A stretch of DNA of 62,616 bases, counting the filler, from Choristocarpus tenellus KU-1152 (taxonomy: Eukaryota > Protista > Phaeophyceae): NCBI GenBank assembly GCA_964200185.2. It is 8 parts of 8 records of this genome, joined end to end, with 100 filler letters (N's around TTAATTAATTAA, not from the genome) between each part and the next. Parts side by side here need not be neighbours in the genome. Positions count along the whole stretch, not along the records: positions 1 to 8,197 come from CAXNAD020005014.1; positions 8,298 to 18,594 come from CAXNAD020003007.1; 6 more parts are not named here. One strand, given 5' to 3'. A program made the position numbers and the translations under genes. Shown here piece by piece: positions 1 through 13,265 of the stretch. The notes under the pieces were generated by a model. It saw only the letters and a list, made by a program, of their open reading frames with translations. It did no database searches and was not told where the DNA came from. Each line of letters starts with the position of its first letter. Within the stretch, counting starts at the first letter, position 1.

Positions 1-1734
1 CATCTAAAAGCCGCGGGTCCAGTGTGGGATAGTTCAACAAAGGGCAGGATCGTCAACCCTTTATCAGCCTCTTGACAGTGACCACTTGGTGCCAAAGCTT
101 GGGTATGGTTACCATAACGGAAATCCCGGTTTTTGTATTTCGATGGACATGACCGTGATGACGTCCTCCAGTATCGAAAGGAGGAGTACCTTCCACGGTA
201 CTTCAACTGCTGCGACTACATGGATGTGTGGATATTAATTTCACCAGATGAAGCTAAATGTTGGGATATTGATATTGGCGAGGTGCCTGAAGTGACCGTG
301 CTCCTGATGGCTGTGCATGGATACGTGTGCATGATCGAGGGAATAATGGATACTCTGTCCATCCGCCTGAATCGAGGATACCAGCAAGAAGGTCCTCCCG
401 GATGGGAGGCGAATGATTCTCCTTTTCCAAGACGAGAGCATCTGTCGAGGTACACAACATTTTTAAAAATCAATTTTGTGCCACTTGGTCTCGTCTTTGC
501 AGTTGGTACATTGAGCCCTACGTCATCTACTGCTGAGTTTCTCCTAACCCATGCGTCATGTTGAGTAAGTTATTTTTTTTCTAACCCTATGTAAAGGAAT
601 TGCTAAGGAAATAAAATGCTGGGGACTACTTTGTTTTCATCATGATGTTATCACCTGTCCTAAATTCTCTCCTATTTCACCTTTACCCTCTGTCTGTTGA
701 CTGCAGTTAACGATACTGAAAAGCATGCGTGGTGGGCGCCAAATATGCACGGACTCAACAAGAAGGGAGACAGGCAAGGCATCATGATATCGGGGACCAT
801 AGTTGCTGATCTCTTATTTTTCTCTGCAACCATGGAGCAGGTCCAACAAGCAGAGACAACCGACAGGAGCGGTGCGCCATGTCAACTAAGGAATGTGCCT
901 CTTCGGTAGAAAAATCCGCCAAACAGGAGAAATTTCACCCGATCAACATACTCTACAAGGACAAAAAGGGATACTGGAACGCTCCCAAGATGCTGGACCA
1001 CATGACAGACATCGAGTTGATGAACGTTGTCTATCCCAACCACGTCGTGGTGGGCGTTTTTGACTGGTCCTCCTGCCACAATTGCCAGGACGAAGGTCCG
1101 CCATCGGTGGCAAAGATGAATGTCGGTTTCGAAGACCAAAGGGGCGGGGAAGATATGGCTGTGATGGATGCAGTCACACTGAAGGAGGACACTCCGCATC
1201 TCAAAGCGGGGACTTTGCAGCACCTGGTTTTTCAACCAGACGATGACTCGCCATTCTACATGCCCCATCTCACCAAAGAAGACTATGTAGGGAAGCTTAA
1301 GGGGATGTGACAAATTTTGTTGGAAAGGGGGCTGTTAGAACCCGGAATGATGAAGGATGAGGGCAAGGGAGAGAAACATAACCCAAATAAAAGAAAAGTT
1401 GCATGTGCTTGGAGAGCAGAGGGACTTCAACGAGGTAGTTCCTAGTCTTAAGCTTCTTGTTGAGCGGTATGGAGGGGTATGCCTAATGCTCCCAAAGTAT
1501 CACTATGAGCTCAACCTCATTGAGCTTGTGTGGTGGGGTCGAGCAAAGCACTGGCTACAACAGCATTGTACCTATTCTTTGGACGGACTCCGAAAAAATA
1601 TTTCTTTAAGCTTGAAACCAGCTGAGGATAGGCAACCTGTTTGGCTCGTACAGAAGTACTGCAAGAAGGCGCACACGCACCATCTTCTACTTCAAGACAG
1701 CTGCCACTGGAGTGGAAGCCGAGAAGGAGCTTAA
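1..1734 (+). pseudogene. Decayed IS630/Tc1/mariner-superfamily DDE transposase (frameshifted, 5' truncated)
   Basis: Consecutive broken ORFs carry YFDGHDRDDVLQYR, HD..../NDTEKHAWW...KKG..GIMISG, KGYWN, VGVFDWSSCH and LPKYHYELNLIELVW.GRAK (cf. the LPKFHCELNPIE.VWG.AK motif of DDE_3-type transposases). Several stops and frameshifts. Confidence 0.8.
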
Positions 1735-2302
1735 GTCTCATAGGCGCCCAGCACATTTGGAATTCCTACTGGCAGATGGAGACAATAATTCATTTACACT
1801 TAGCATTCATGCATTGAATCATTCGTTCGGCGTTTTTTCCCGCCTAAACCACCATACTTTAATCAAGTAATATATTTTTTGGTGCATCTATTGCCACTCT
1901 TGCTGACCTACAATCCGGGGTTCGAACCCCAATATGAGCCCTCTTTCTTCGAAAAAAAAAAGTGGTGGAAAAATATACGAAGCCCATACTCTGGAGGGCC
2001 TTGTGGCGGGCATCACGAATATGCCTTTATTTTTTTAATCCGATGTCTACATCAAAAGTTATGACGGGACAACCTACTGCTACCACTATATTTTATTATT
2101 ATGCCCTCTGACATTTTGCAGATGTGTCAGGGGAAACCAATCAAAACTATATACATATCAAAACTATATACATATGTGTATATTTAATTTTTTCTATCAC
2201 GTTTAGATTTCTAGCAAAACTTTTGGGGGGTGGACATACCCAATCATGCCGACTACGAATGACCGAACAAGACTATGATCTGTGACCTTGTTGGAGGAAA
2301 TA

Positions 2303-5300
2303 ATGGATTCAGGAAAGAATGAAGAGTTCATTGCAAACATGTCGGTGACATCTCACCTTCCTGTTGGGTTAAAGATTGCAGACCGGTGTGGAAATGAGTC
2401 GCAGATGCACCCTCTAACACCCAACACCCTAGCTCGTATGGAGGATCCACGATCGTTTCATGCGAGAGGGGAGGCTGGAATCCATCGGAAACGAAAACGA
2501 GAAACGGATAGGCCAACCTTACCGATGGCCCCACCACCTCCGAAGACGGGAGTACCCGTACCAATGAAGAAAGTTGTACTGGAGGAGGATGACTATGTGG
2601 AGCGTCTTGGAGACATAATTGAAGTCGACTACTTTCCTCATAATGCTCGCATGGTCCAGGTCCTTGCTGGGGAAGCCAGCCAATCGACCCCCTTTGGCAG
2701 TACGTCGGGTACACCAATGTCATCTCGAGCCTCAACTTCAGGTGGAGCCATGCCATCTGTCGATGGCCTTAGTTTTCGAGATGTCGAGAGTGACAATAAC
2801 CCTCCTAGTACACAACGCAACTCGGGTCAGGGAGGGGCTTTAACGAAGTTCGTTGCAACACATACCTCAGAGGACAATGAGGCCTTCGCAGAGCTCCAGG
2901 TAAGGTATAATGATATTTTCTTTTTGTTATGTACAGTAGACCTGGACCCAATGAAATACTGTGAGCGGGAAGAAGGTAATACAATTAGCGCATTGAGTCC
3001 TTGAGACGAAGGTGAGGGTCTGAATGCCGGAGTAGCGTGGGTGTTGTGGCAAGTATTGCTATTGTATCGCTTGCGGGAGGGAGTTCAGAGATATGCGTAG
3101 TTGACAGCGGGATGACCTGCATGTGGCCCAATGAACCTTTTGTTTAGTAGTGGGGCAGTGAGACTTTGCATGCTTGAGGTAGTATACCTCTCCACACTGG
3201 AGGTCGAAGGATAACCTATTGCATGTGAAAATTCTGCCTACTCTATTTGATGATCGGGTTGTGTAGTTATAAGGGTTCAAGGTGAATGTTACAACATTGC
3301 ATTCATTCGTCTACCTCGCTTGCCTTGCAACTTGACAAAAGAGTTAATGGCCGTACAGTAGCCGGGCAACATGGTGTATGCCAGGGTATATGATGGATCC
3401 CTCTGTGGCCTTAATAAAGCAAAGCCCTATGCTATCCCTTACCCTTACCCCCCCTTCAATCCGTCAGGAAAAGGATCTGAATGCTCGTAGAAAAAAGTAT
3501 TTCTGGGCCTATGAGAGTGCAGATAGTGCAGATACTACAAAATTACTTCTCCTTCCCACAGGAGAAATAATGAAAGCAGAGCGCAGAGCGCTCATGGACA
3601 AGGCTTGCGAGGCACGACCCAAGATTGGGGATGAGCGACCAAATCAGGTAGTGTGAGATGACTAGATTTCATCTTAGACGTAGTGGTAGAACAAGGAGGG
3701 TTGATGCTGAAAGATTTGAGCAGGGAAGAGATTGGAAAGGCGACCAGGTAAAGTTATATTGAATGTATTAATTATGAAAATGGCTGTCAAACAATGCAAA
3801 GGTGTGCTGGGTAGTGAAACATGAGGTAGGAGAGTCCAACAACAATGTTTTATTGTATGTGGTCATGTTACTGTCTACACCCCCATCAAGAGGTATCATA
3901 TTTTGTCCTCCCCTTGTTCACAAAAGAAATCTCCCTCTCTAACCACCGCGCAGAAATCTAAATATGTCCAGAATGCAGATCCTTGACTCCATGACCCATC
4001 CTTCCTGTGCCCCTGCAGGTAGAAACATGGAAGCACCGTACACGTAACCAGCTAATGTTCTCACCCAACATGGCAACCTCTAATGATATATGTAGAACTG
4101 ATTTGGAGGCTGACAACCCCACTGCACCTCCTCTGCTGGAGGGGGGAGTAGCGGTCCAAGCTCTGGCAAGTGCTAGTGATAGGCAAGAGGGGTCTGGTCC
4201 ATCACCTCTGCTGATACCCACCGCTCGAGGAAAGTTGATTGTGGAACCTTTGTTAGGGATGGGGCAGGGTAGCGATGGGAAACACAATACTTCGAGTAGT
4301 CCACACAATGCCAAGATGAAAACACAAGTGCAAGTGGTGGCACGTCGTTCTGTCATCCCTCTTACTAACCCAAAGGTGATCCAGGCTAAAGCAACACGGT
4401 TTCCATTACCTAAAACACACCCTCATGGGAAAGTTGGAGCTTCACCAATTGAGAAGCCCTCATCATCACGGGATTCTGTTGTAGAGCTGATGGCAGAAGG
4501 GGGCAAGGGCTCCAAGGAGTTTGAGGAAGTGCCAATGACCCCTACTCCAATGCCGGTGAGCCCATTTCTTGCGACTTTCCGCTTTGTACTGACTGCTCAC
4601 ATTTATCTGTTGCTTATTTTTCAGGGATGAAGTTGTAATTTTCCAATTGACCTGTTCGTAAAAAAAATGATATTTTGTACCAGGCCTGTATTCATGTCAT
4701 GGTTTAGGGTGTCATTTATGGGGATGGCAGCATGAATTGTGGTCTATGACATCCTGTAAAAGGTTTTTTGTGTAGCAATAAGGCCCTTGTCTTTGCACAG
4801 ATATGCAAAATGATTGTGTAACAACAATATCTTTGTCTTGTCTGACATGTGCTCACTTGTCACTTTTCAATACATACAATTCCAGGGCATGGGCGGAGAC
4901 TCTCCTCTGATCACTTGGGGGTCCATTGACGGCACCCCCATGATCCTTGATCCCCGTGCCACACCTCTCCCTGATGGAACACTACTGGGTTCGATGGCAT
5001 CCTTCATGACCACGAATGGAGAGAAGGGTGTCAGGGGTATTGAGGTGGGACCTCATTTTGAGTTGAAGGACCTGCCCAGGCGAGACAAGCTGGCACACAG
5101 CCTGGAGGCTGCCGATACAAGGCGGAGGCGGTCGAAGGGTCAACAAGGGGCACCACCTGGACTGCAACATACACCTGTGGTGGCCAGGAAAGGCACTCCC
5201 CGAACACCTGGGTTGCCTGGGACACTGTTGAGTAGCCGTCGTGGTGGGAAGAAGATTGAGGGACCCTCACCGTCGCCGTTACCACTCACGCCTGCAGCAC

Positions 5301-5551
5301 GTACTTTGGCAGGAAAGCTAGCACAAAGATCACAAGGAGATATCCCATTTGGGGGAGGATTGACACCTGGGCGGCAGAAGAAGCGGCATGGTGGGGTGAG
5401 GAGTGTGGGGCAAGTACGGGAAGAGGATGGGCAGACACCACTTGCCTCACCTCTGGTTGGCAGGTCAGAGACCACATCAATACGCGGGAGGAAGAGTGAT
5501 GGAAACAAAGGCAAAGGGGCATCTCTAACAGATGGACTCCTTGCTGTGTAG
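2303..5551 (+). CDS. ESS2: Splicing factor ESS2/DGCR14 (nuclear protein Es2); exons 2303-2899, 3468-3647, 4019-4555, 4886-5551
   Basis: Es2-family motifs in order: VLEEDDYVERLGDIIEVDYFP, FVATHTSEDNEAF, WKHRTRNQLMFSP, TPTPMP|GMGGDSPLITWGSIDGTP, FELKDLPRRDKLAH. All introns are GT-AG, phase 0. The start codon could be a downstream Met. Confidence 0.92.
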
Positions 5552-8197
5552 TGTTGATTGGTCAGTGTTTATGTACTATAGATACGGTGATGCTGCACGT
5601 TCTGATTTACTTGAAATTTCACTCGTTGTGAAGTCACCAAACAATAACAAGATGGAACAATCTATACGATAATGGTTTACATGTTTTTGCACACAAAGCT
5701 AGAAAACAGTCAATTATGAATCGACAAATGCTGGAGCAAGAGGATAGAACACTGAGGTCAAACTGCTGCTTTGTGTACAAGGGATTAGTTTCTTGTGAAG
5801 TGACTGAGTGCCAGTTTATTTCTGCGAAGCAAGTGACTTGCTGAGCATACCCTGACAGAAGGTAATACCCAAAACAAGAAAAAGGTCATCTCTGGCATTT
5901 TCAAAAGTCCTTTACAATGTGAGTTCATGGAATCAAAGTCTGTGCTATTGAGTGGACAAATCAGACCTGGACCAAATAATATGTCAACCTGGCTCTCTTG
6001 GTTTGTCACCATTATAGCCCAAAAACCTGCTACCACTTGCATCTAATCTGGCACTCTGGAAACTGTTGAGGCTGTGATCCATTTTTTCACCTTGACGTTT
6101 TTTTTGCAGATAGATCCTCAAATATTATGGTCACTATGCTACGGAGTCGTCAGAGGTGAACAAATTGATTTGCAGGGTAGTGGATCACGTCAAAATTTCA
6201 AAATGATTTTTCTGAATGTAGTCAAGATGTTGGCCAGGACCCACAACTCTGTGTGACCTGGCACTGTAACTTTAGGCTGGGACCAGGCACTTCAGGTGCT
6301 GTAGTGTAAAGGACTCTACACCAAAGCTGCAGACCCATACTCGGATGGTGATAACCAGGACAGTGTAGCCCAGTGTCCCTCCCCCTTGGCCTTGTTTGTT
6401 GTAGATACACCTCAAGTTCAGGGATATGCAGTAATGTGAGCTTGTAAGTTCATTTCATGTCAACTTCCACCTCATCAAGAGAGCATCCCAACTGTCTCTT
6501 CATTGAAGAATGAGACAGAATCGGTTATGTAAGCTGTCATTGTTGAAGATGTGCAATGAAATACTCTACAGTGCAAAGAAGCAAATTTTCAATGATAAGA
6601 CAATGACAAGCAATTAGATACTGTCATATTAGAGATATATTCTTCAGATATATCCTTTTTTCTTACATGGCCGCCTAACTGTTAGGCATGCCAAACATGA
6701 AGACTTTTGAAAACGAAGCTACTTTTCCCACCAACCACATGCCTTGGACCATTTTAACATGTTGCTGTTGATTTGGTGGAGTACAAAACACTTCCCCACC
6801 AGAAAATGCCATCATGTGATCATATGTCTTATCTGGTACTCCCGATATTGTACTATGCCCTGTTCCGAAGAAAGTTGGCGGGATAATAGCTCATATACTG
6901 GTAGAAAGTATCGATACATTTTTAGAAACCTTCTGAGGAAGATTTTTTTTTCTCATTTTCTATCTCTTTCAAACAAATACAGAGTTGGGAAAGAGGGGCA
7001 GTGTGACCATCAACCAAGCAATCGAAATAGCTTTTCAAGAAGATTTTGGGTGCAACAATGATTCCACCTACTCAGCCAGCCAGCTACCCTGCCAACCACA
7101 GTAACTTCTTGTGGGACCAATAGTGCGATTTCGAAAAGCTCCATTTTCCTCAGCAAAAGTATTTGTAGCTATTGTATACGAAGTGGCGGAAATATGAAAC
7201 TATTGCGATATGATCTTTATTCCCTTCTACATTTTTATTTTCCTTCACTTTAGGCTCAACTATCCTGACCCATGGTCAGAGGCAATACACACTACACTAT
7301 TTCTCATATTATGTACACTGCAACTAACTATTGTTGGACTGCCCCTACGAAAAAACAGGTTCGCTTGTGCGGTCCCAGGGGACCCCTTACAAGAAGATGG
7401 GGGAAATATGAGGAAATCGGAGGGGCTTCTACGAAGAGGGAGTCAAGCGAGAAAGAGAGTCCGTGCCTCTCTCGATTCTGCAGCATGGTCATTACTAATG
7501 AGCTGTATCTCTTCACTCAAGTTCTCTCCCTCCTCTCCTCGGCCTCCCTCAGTCGGCAACACATCCCTTAGTTCGAACCTTATCTCGAGACTATCTCGAG
7601 GCTCTCTTGAGGCTTCCACTTTTCCCACTTACAAGTTCCGTTTAGGTCTCTATGACGAAGTCGCTGCAAGGTGCGTCTGCAAAGATTTCACGCCACACAG
7701 ATTTCGAGACCAAAGTTTGCAGCCTCTTGCAATCGAAATCCTGTTGGGAGATCACCAAGACTAGAGGTAACCTGTAAGGTCTATCAAATGCGAGTGTGGC
7801 CACTGACAAAAGCCTATCCCAACAGAACCAGTGCACTGACTGGACAGTGGGACCGAAAACAATGCCCCACACATCAAGAATACAGGCTATACATAAGGGA
7901 TATATCCACCTAGAAGACACCATACACACTAATTAGTATGCGTGAAGAGTGATTGGAATATGCCTACACAGTAACTTGTCTAATAACTTGTGTTGTGATA
8001 AGGATCTTGGCAAAGTATAGAGCATCATCTAGACGGGATTAAAAACTCGTAGACCCAAATCTCGTCCGTATCATTCCATACATTAAACAAAAATAATGGT
8101 TCTCCATTCCTGCCCCTAACTATTGGTCAAAGTATCTGGGGGGGGGAGGTGGTCTGTGAGGGGGCGTCCGTTTCGGTCAAACAACTCTTTTTTTGCT

Positions 8198-8297
8198 NNN
8201 NNNNNNNNNNNNNNNNNNNNNNNNNNNNNNNNNNNNNNNNNTTAATTAATTAANNNNNNNNNNNNNNNNNNNNNNNNNNNNNNNNNNNNNNNNNNNN
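8198..8297. other. Artificial contig linker (N44-TTAATTAATTAA-N44)
   Basis: Six-frame stop linker flanked by Ns. Identical copies occur at six other positions. Confidence 0.98.
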
Positions 8298-10919
8298 CCC
8301 CCCCCCCCCCTTTTTTTTTCTTTTGCGAATGGTGGTGCAGAGGGAAGGGAGTTGGAGATATACTGCTGCTTTAGAATGGGTGGGGTGAAAGATAAGATCC
8401 ATTGGTGATCGGTTGCTGTGGATTTATTTTTGTTTTTTTGATCAGTCAGTAGCTGTCCCGCAACTTGTACCGGATATCTTGTAGACGTTCTATCTCACTT
8501 GGGAAGTGACAAGAGGAACTTGACAGTCCCTTTGGATACCAGCCTGGGACTTGAAGGTGTCTTTTTATTTCCTTCCACGGGTGCTTACCTTTTTCCCCAC
8601 ATGCCTGTTTTTTTGCTCTGCTTGGTATATAGTAGATGTCTTTCTGTGCTGTTTGTTGCCTGCGGCAAATAGGACAAGGATAAACTGCAGACGTGTCAGT
8701 GCTTTGTGCAGTGTGATGTGTGAGTTGAGGGAAGTGTTGAGTTCAGTGGGGGTGTGCGTGACTCGGGCACCTAAGCAAGTGGGAGAGAAGAGGACTTTCC
8801 GAGAGCATGACTGCTTGGAAGAACTTCTGGGGGAGAGAGGGATAGAGAAGTGTCACAGGTTTTCCTTCCATAGTTTGTTTTGCGTATGACTCTTTGTTCG
8901 ATCAATGCAACCTGCTGGGGGCTTTAACTCTCACCAAAGATACTTCACCCTGGGGGGTGGGAAAAATTTGCTCTAGAGTGTGGGAAGGAGTCCCTGCGGG
9001 GGATGGATGTATGCAGGTGGTGTTGGTTGTTGTGGGTATCGAGTCGTTTTTTCTGTAGAGGTTGTAGCTTTCATCCTTGAGCTTGGGCACGCCACTGCTG
9101 AGCCTTCAATACGAGGAGTGGGGGATTTGAGATGTTACTGGACAGCCTGTTTTGTGTGTGTGTGGGCAGAACAGAAGAAGGGAAGGCGTTCTGTCGGTGA
9201 GAAGAGTGTCTCTTGATTGGCAACATGCAGAGACCCAGGCGTCCAAGGGTTAGGGTTGTTGGTGTCCCTGAGTGCTTAAAAAGAAACACTATGAGAAGGA
9301 GTGGTAATTGACGATGAGAGGCAAGAATACAATGAATTAAGACTATTATTTGTGAGTGGTTGTTTGTGCTATGTAGTATTATCATTGATTGCTGCCATGG
9401 TATGATATTTTAATGCCACCTCCATTACATGAAGGGTTCTACTTTGCAATACTTGGTGTATGTGTGAGCAATACCTATTGTATCTGAAACTAGTGATTCA
9501 TTAGTATGTTAGTGCATTTGTTGCCACTGTTACAGTAGCGTGTTATTGGTTATTCACTATGTGGTTCAATCACACATAAGGGCTTTGTTGCTCCTGATTA
9601 TATTTGTTGAGGCGTGTTCCAGATGTTCATTTTGACTCCCCATTATCTACACGTATAGTGCAAGTACAATATTCCAACATCTTGGTTGGAACCTGACCCG
9701 TTCAAGGCAACAGTGTTGCATGATGCACGTTTTGTGGCTACTCTGAATTTTTGTCTAGGCAAGAAAGATGATGCATTCAACCGACCATTCATTTCGCCTT
9801 TTACAAAGGTATGCTGTAATCTGACACACCTCTTTCCCTAAGTAGGATGAAGGAAAACCCCCCCAAATGATAACAGATATCCACTGCTCCGCCTCTGTCT
9901 AGCGATCGAAGGTACTACCTTTGATCTCTTTGAATATGTACTTCAAGAGATAGGGGGGCGGTGTATGATAATGATAAATTGTTACAAATATCCAGATATC
10001 CACTGCTCCACGTTTGTCTAGCGATAGCAGTTACGACGATGACGACGACTAACCCTACTCCTATTATGCCCACTGGCATTTTGCAGATGTGTCAGGGGAG
10101 AAGGACCAAAATCAAACCACAAAAACATTTTAGATACGAGTAGTTACTTTCGAAAGACTTCTTTTTGAGAGACTGAACTTGGCAACAAGATCACCTTGGA
10201 GAATTTTCCCTACAAACCAATGTTGGCTGTACCTATGCCTCCAGCCTAACCCTACGAAGGTGGGCAAGGATTGAGGAAAGCATCCTCAGAATCTGTATGG
10301 CCTCTTCGAGCTACTGGTCACTGATCAGGTGTCTCCAGCATAAAATGGATGACCCTCCTCGAAATAGCTGCCATTGAACCAAACCAATTGAGAGGTAGGT
10401 AGGTTTGGACCCTTTGCATCTTTCTTACCCTATGCAATATGCTCTGTAATACTGTGTTATGTTCCCCCTTCTTACCATACACAAAATGACAATGGTGCCA
10501 AACCAATTGATAGGTAGGCAGGGTTGAATATTAAGGATCCTGAGAAAGCGCAAATTGACGCCATTTTCTAATATTATTTTAGAAAGAACCTTTCTTTGCT
10601 TAATTGTGGTATCTATATGTGTATGAAAAGATGGAATATCTATTTTGCGTACACTATTATTGTGCGCTTTCAAACAATATACTTCAGAGAAATAACTGCA
10701 CTCAAGTCAAATGTAGAGATTCATGGATATGTTTCCATCTGTTTCACATAGTAAGGAATAAAATAAAATCAAGGAATAAAATTGTTGACCCCCCTTGTTT
10801 TTAGAAACAAACAGCACGAAACGGTTATGAAAAATGGCCTTCCACGGTGGAGAGTTCACCCAGTCAGTTTGAGTTCAACTTTCGCTTGATACCTTCGCCA
10901 CTAGTTTTTCCAGAAAGAC

Positions 10920-13265
10920 ATGAGGCGGAGAGTCTGTTTGCCGATCTTAGCTTTAGTTTGTGCCAGAGTGGTATCATCTTTTGGTGGTTGCGCTTTCTTC
11001 CACCACAAGCCACCAGCATTCCGTCGTCCATGCCACCAAACTCGACCTAATTCGGTCTTGGGCAGAACACGAGGGAAGGTCACCTTCGCGAGTGCAAGTG
11101 ATGGAGAGAAAGAAAGCCCAAATTTCCCTATCCTTTCATCTTTCATATCGTCCACTCCGATGTGGTTAGTCACGGGTGCTGCTGCTGCTTCTGAAGTAGG
11201 GACATCATTGGATATTGAAGGGACAACCATGGGGCCTAGACTAGATGGGGCAGCGGCTGCATCTTTCGCTGCCGTCATGGCCGCATTCACTTTCCTACAG
11301 GTGGGTTCTCTCCTATCATCACTTTCTAGCTAATCTCAAAATTTGATGGGTATGCGACCCTGTAACCTAGTGTTTTTGAAGTCCACCATGAGAGTCTGCC
11401 AATTTCTAACCACCTCATTGTATACCTTCTACGACCAGCGAAATAAAGACCTTCCCGCGGATATTTCGGGATCTTTTATTATTATAGAGTAATTAGTAAG
11501 ACGCCTAACATCTGTTGTGTTCGCCGAATGTACGTTGGTGGATCAGCTGTAGTACACCCTCTTTGTAGAGTCATTCCAAATGTGATTTTTTTTGAGCTCA
11601 TCCATTCGCTTAGCTACTGCTGTATATTACTATTAGACTCGCATGACATTGCTCCTAGGTCGTGACTCATAGCCCTAATTAAGAAAATGTATATTTCATT
11701 GGGCACGAACCTCAACCTCGGAGCTGTTGACACCAATCCAATGTTGATACTGTCCTGCTAAGCCGAGCAAAGAAGTTTACCGATATTGTAACGTGCTTGT
11801 AAATCAACGATATATGGTCACGAAATCGTTCTCAATATCCAGTGACCAGATGGAGGGATGGAAGGAAGATGTCATTGACCTTGTGGACTCTCGGAAAAGT
11901 GCGTTTTGACATTGTCATCTCCGTCTATGTATGAGAGTCAGATGGCACACCAAGGTCAATCACGAAAGACTTGTTTTCACCATTTCGGGCTCAAACAATA
12001 CTGTGCATTGGTTATAAGGAAGAACTTCACTAGTTGACAACTCCCTTCTAATACCCTACTCCCCCCATGAATAGCAGCACTTGAAGATGCCCCCAATTCT
12101 GCACCAGTCCATCCCTTCCCTCCCCTCCTTGCAACTTCCTTGATTTCAGGTGCGGATTCGAGGAGCCATCAATGCACGCACAGCCCGTCGCGAATTTGAA
12201 AAGGAACTAGGTGGAGTCAAGAGCAAAAACATCTCAGGGATGGTAAGAGCCCACCCCCCAGTAACACAGCCTTGGTTCTACCAGTCAGATCACCTTGTGC
12301 CTCAAGAGGGGACCAGACTTATGACACTCCTTCCTCCGTCCCCGCCTCACCCCCCCAACCCTCTTTAATGAAAGTGAATCAACTATATCTGCCAACTTGC
12401 TCAATGAATTATGCTATTTTTGTTGTATAATACCGCTGTCAGAGATATGGTTTGGCCCCTGGACTTTTGTTCATTGCACTCTCAGCCTACCCAGAGATGT
12501 ACTCCACTCGACTTTTCTCGTATCTTTAACGAGGTCTCAGTACCATCATATGCCCAGTGGTAATTATAGCTTTTCCAATGCCCAGTACTATGGTTCACGT
12601 CCTGAAGTATCTCCATTAGGACAACAAGACATTGCATTCTAAAAGAGGGAATTTCATGGATGCAGATGTGGCTATCTATGCTTTGCTCTTGAGAATAGGC
12701 TCACCACATGCTTTTGCTAGTAGTGCGAGATAAAAGTGGCTCATCAATAGCACAGCTGCAAACACCACCTTTTTTTACTCACCTTGTGGCATTTGGCGAT
12801 TTTATGGCAATATGCTTATGTCTTGATTCTTTTCACCAACTTTTCAGCTCTTCTTTCATCAGTATCCCTGCCCCCTGAAACTGCTCTATTTCCTCCTTGC
12901 TCTCCCCGTTTTTTCGTCTCTGTCGATAGGCAACTAATGAAGAACTAGTTGCTGCTGAGAGCCGCATGTCAGAACTGATTCAAGAGGAGGAGAAGGCACG
13001 CTATGTCAATGTACTTGGCATTCCATTCAACCTTGTCATTCCAGATGGTGCTGCTTCTCAGGGGCAAAGCGGGCAGACCTCTCAAGCGGACCGAAAGGCT
13101 GGGACTGGGGGACAGATGAGTGGAGGACTAGAGCAGGACTCTTCCCCGGCATCAACATTCAAGGTGGCATTGCTGTGGCTTGTGTTGGTCAGTCAAGTTT
13201 GGTTGCTGGCGGTGTTTGCCAATGACCCAATGGGACACGTGCCAGGACCCTTCCTGCATGACTGA
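10920..13265 (+). CDS. Putative plastid-targeted membrane protein of unknown function (~269 aa); exons 10920-11300, 12150-12242, 12930-13265
   Basis: Three phase-0 GT-AG exons join into one ORF. The N-terminal signal peptide ends VVSS-F (ASA-F-like) and is followed by a basic, Ser-rich transit-like region. Two hydrophobic segments (AAAASFAAVMAAFTFLQV; VALLWLVLVSQVWLLAVFA) flank a charged helical region. Confidence 0.8.

Noticed and set aside
1895-1945. GGTTCGAACCC B-box suggesting a tRNA
   Set aside because: No cloverleaf or convincing A box is present around it.
5785-7930. Several short ORFs, including the 184-aa ORF at 7210-7764
   Set aside because: No recognisable domain and no consistent exon chain in either orientation.
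8400-9330. Strand-biased (GT-rich) segment as a LINE remnant
   Set aside because: The composition is suggestive, but no endonuclease or RT motif could be read.
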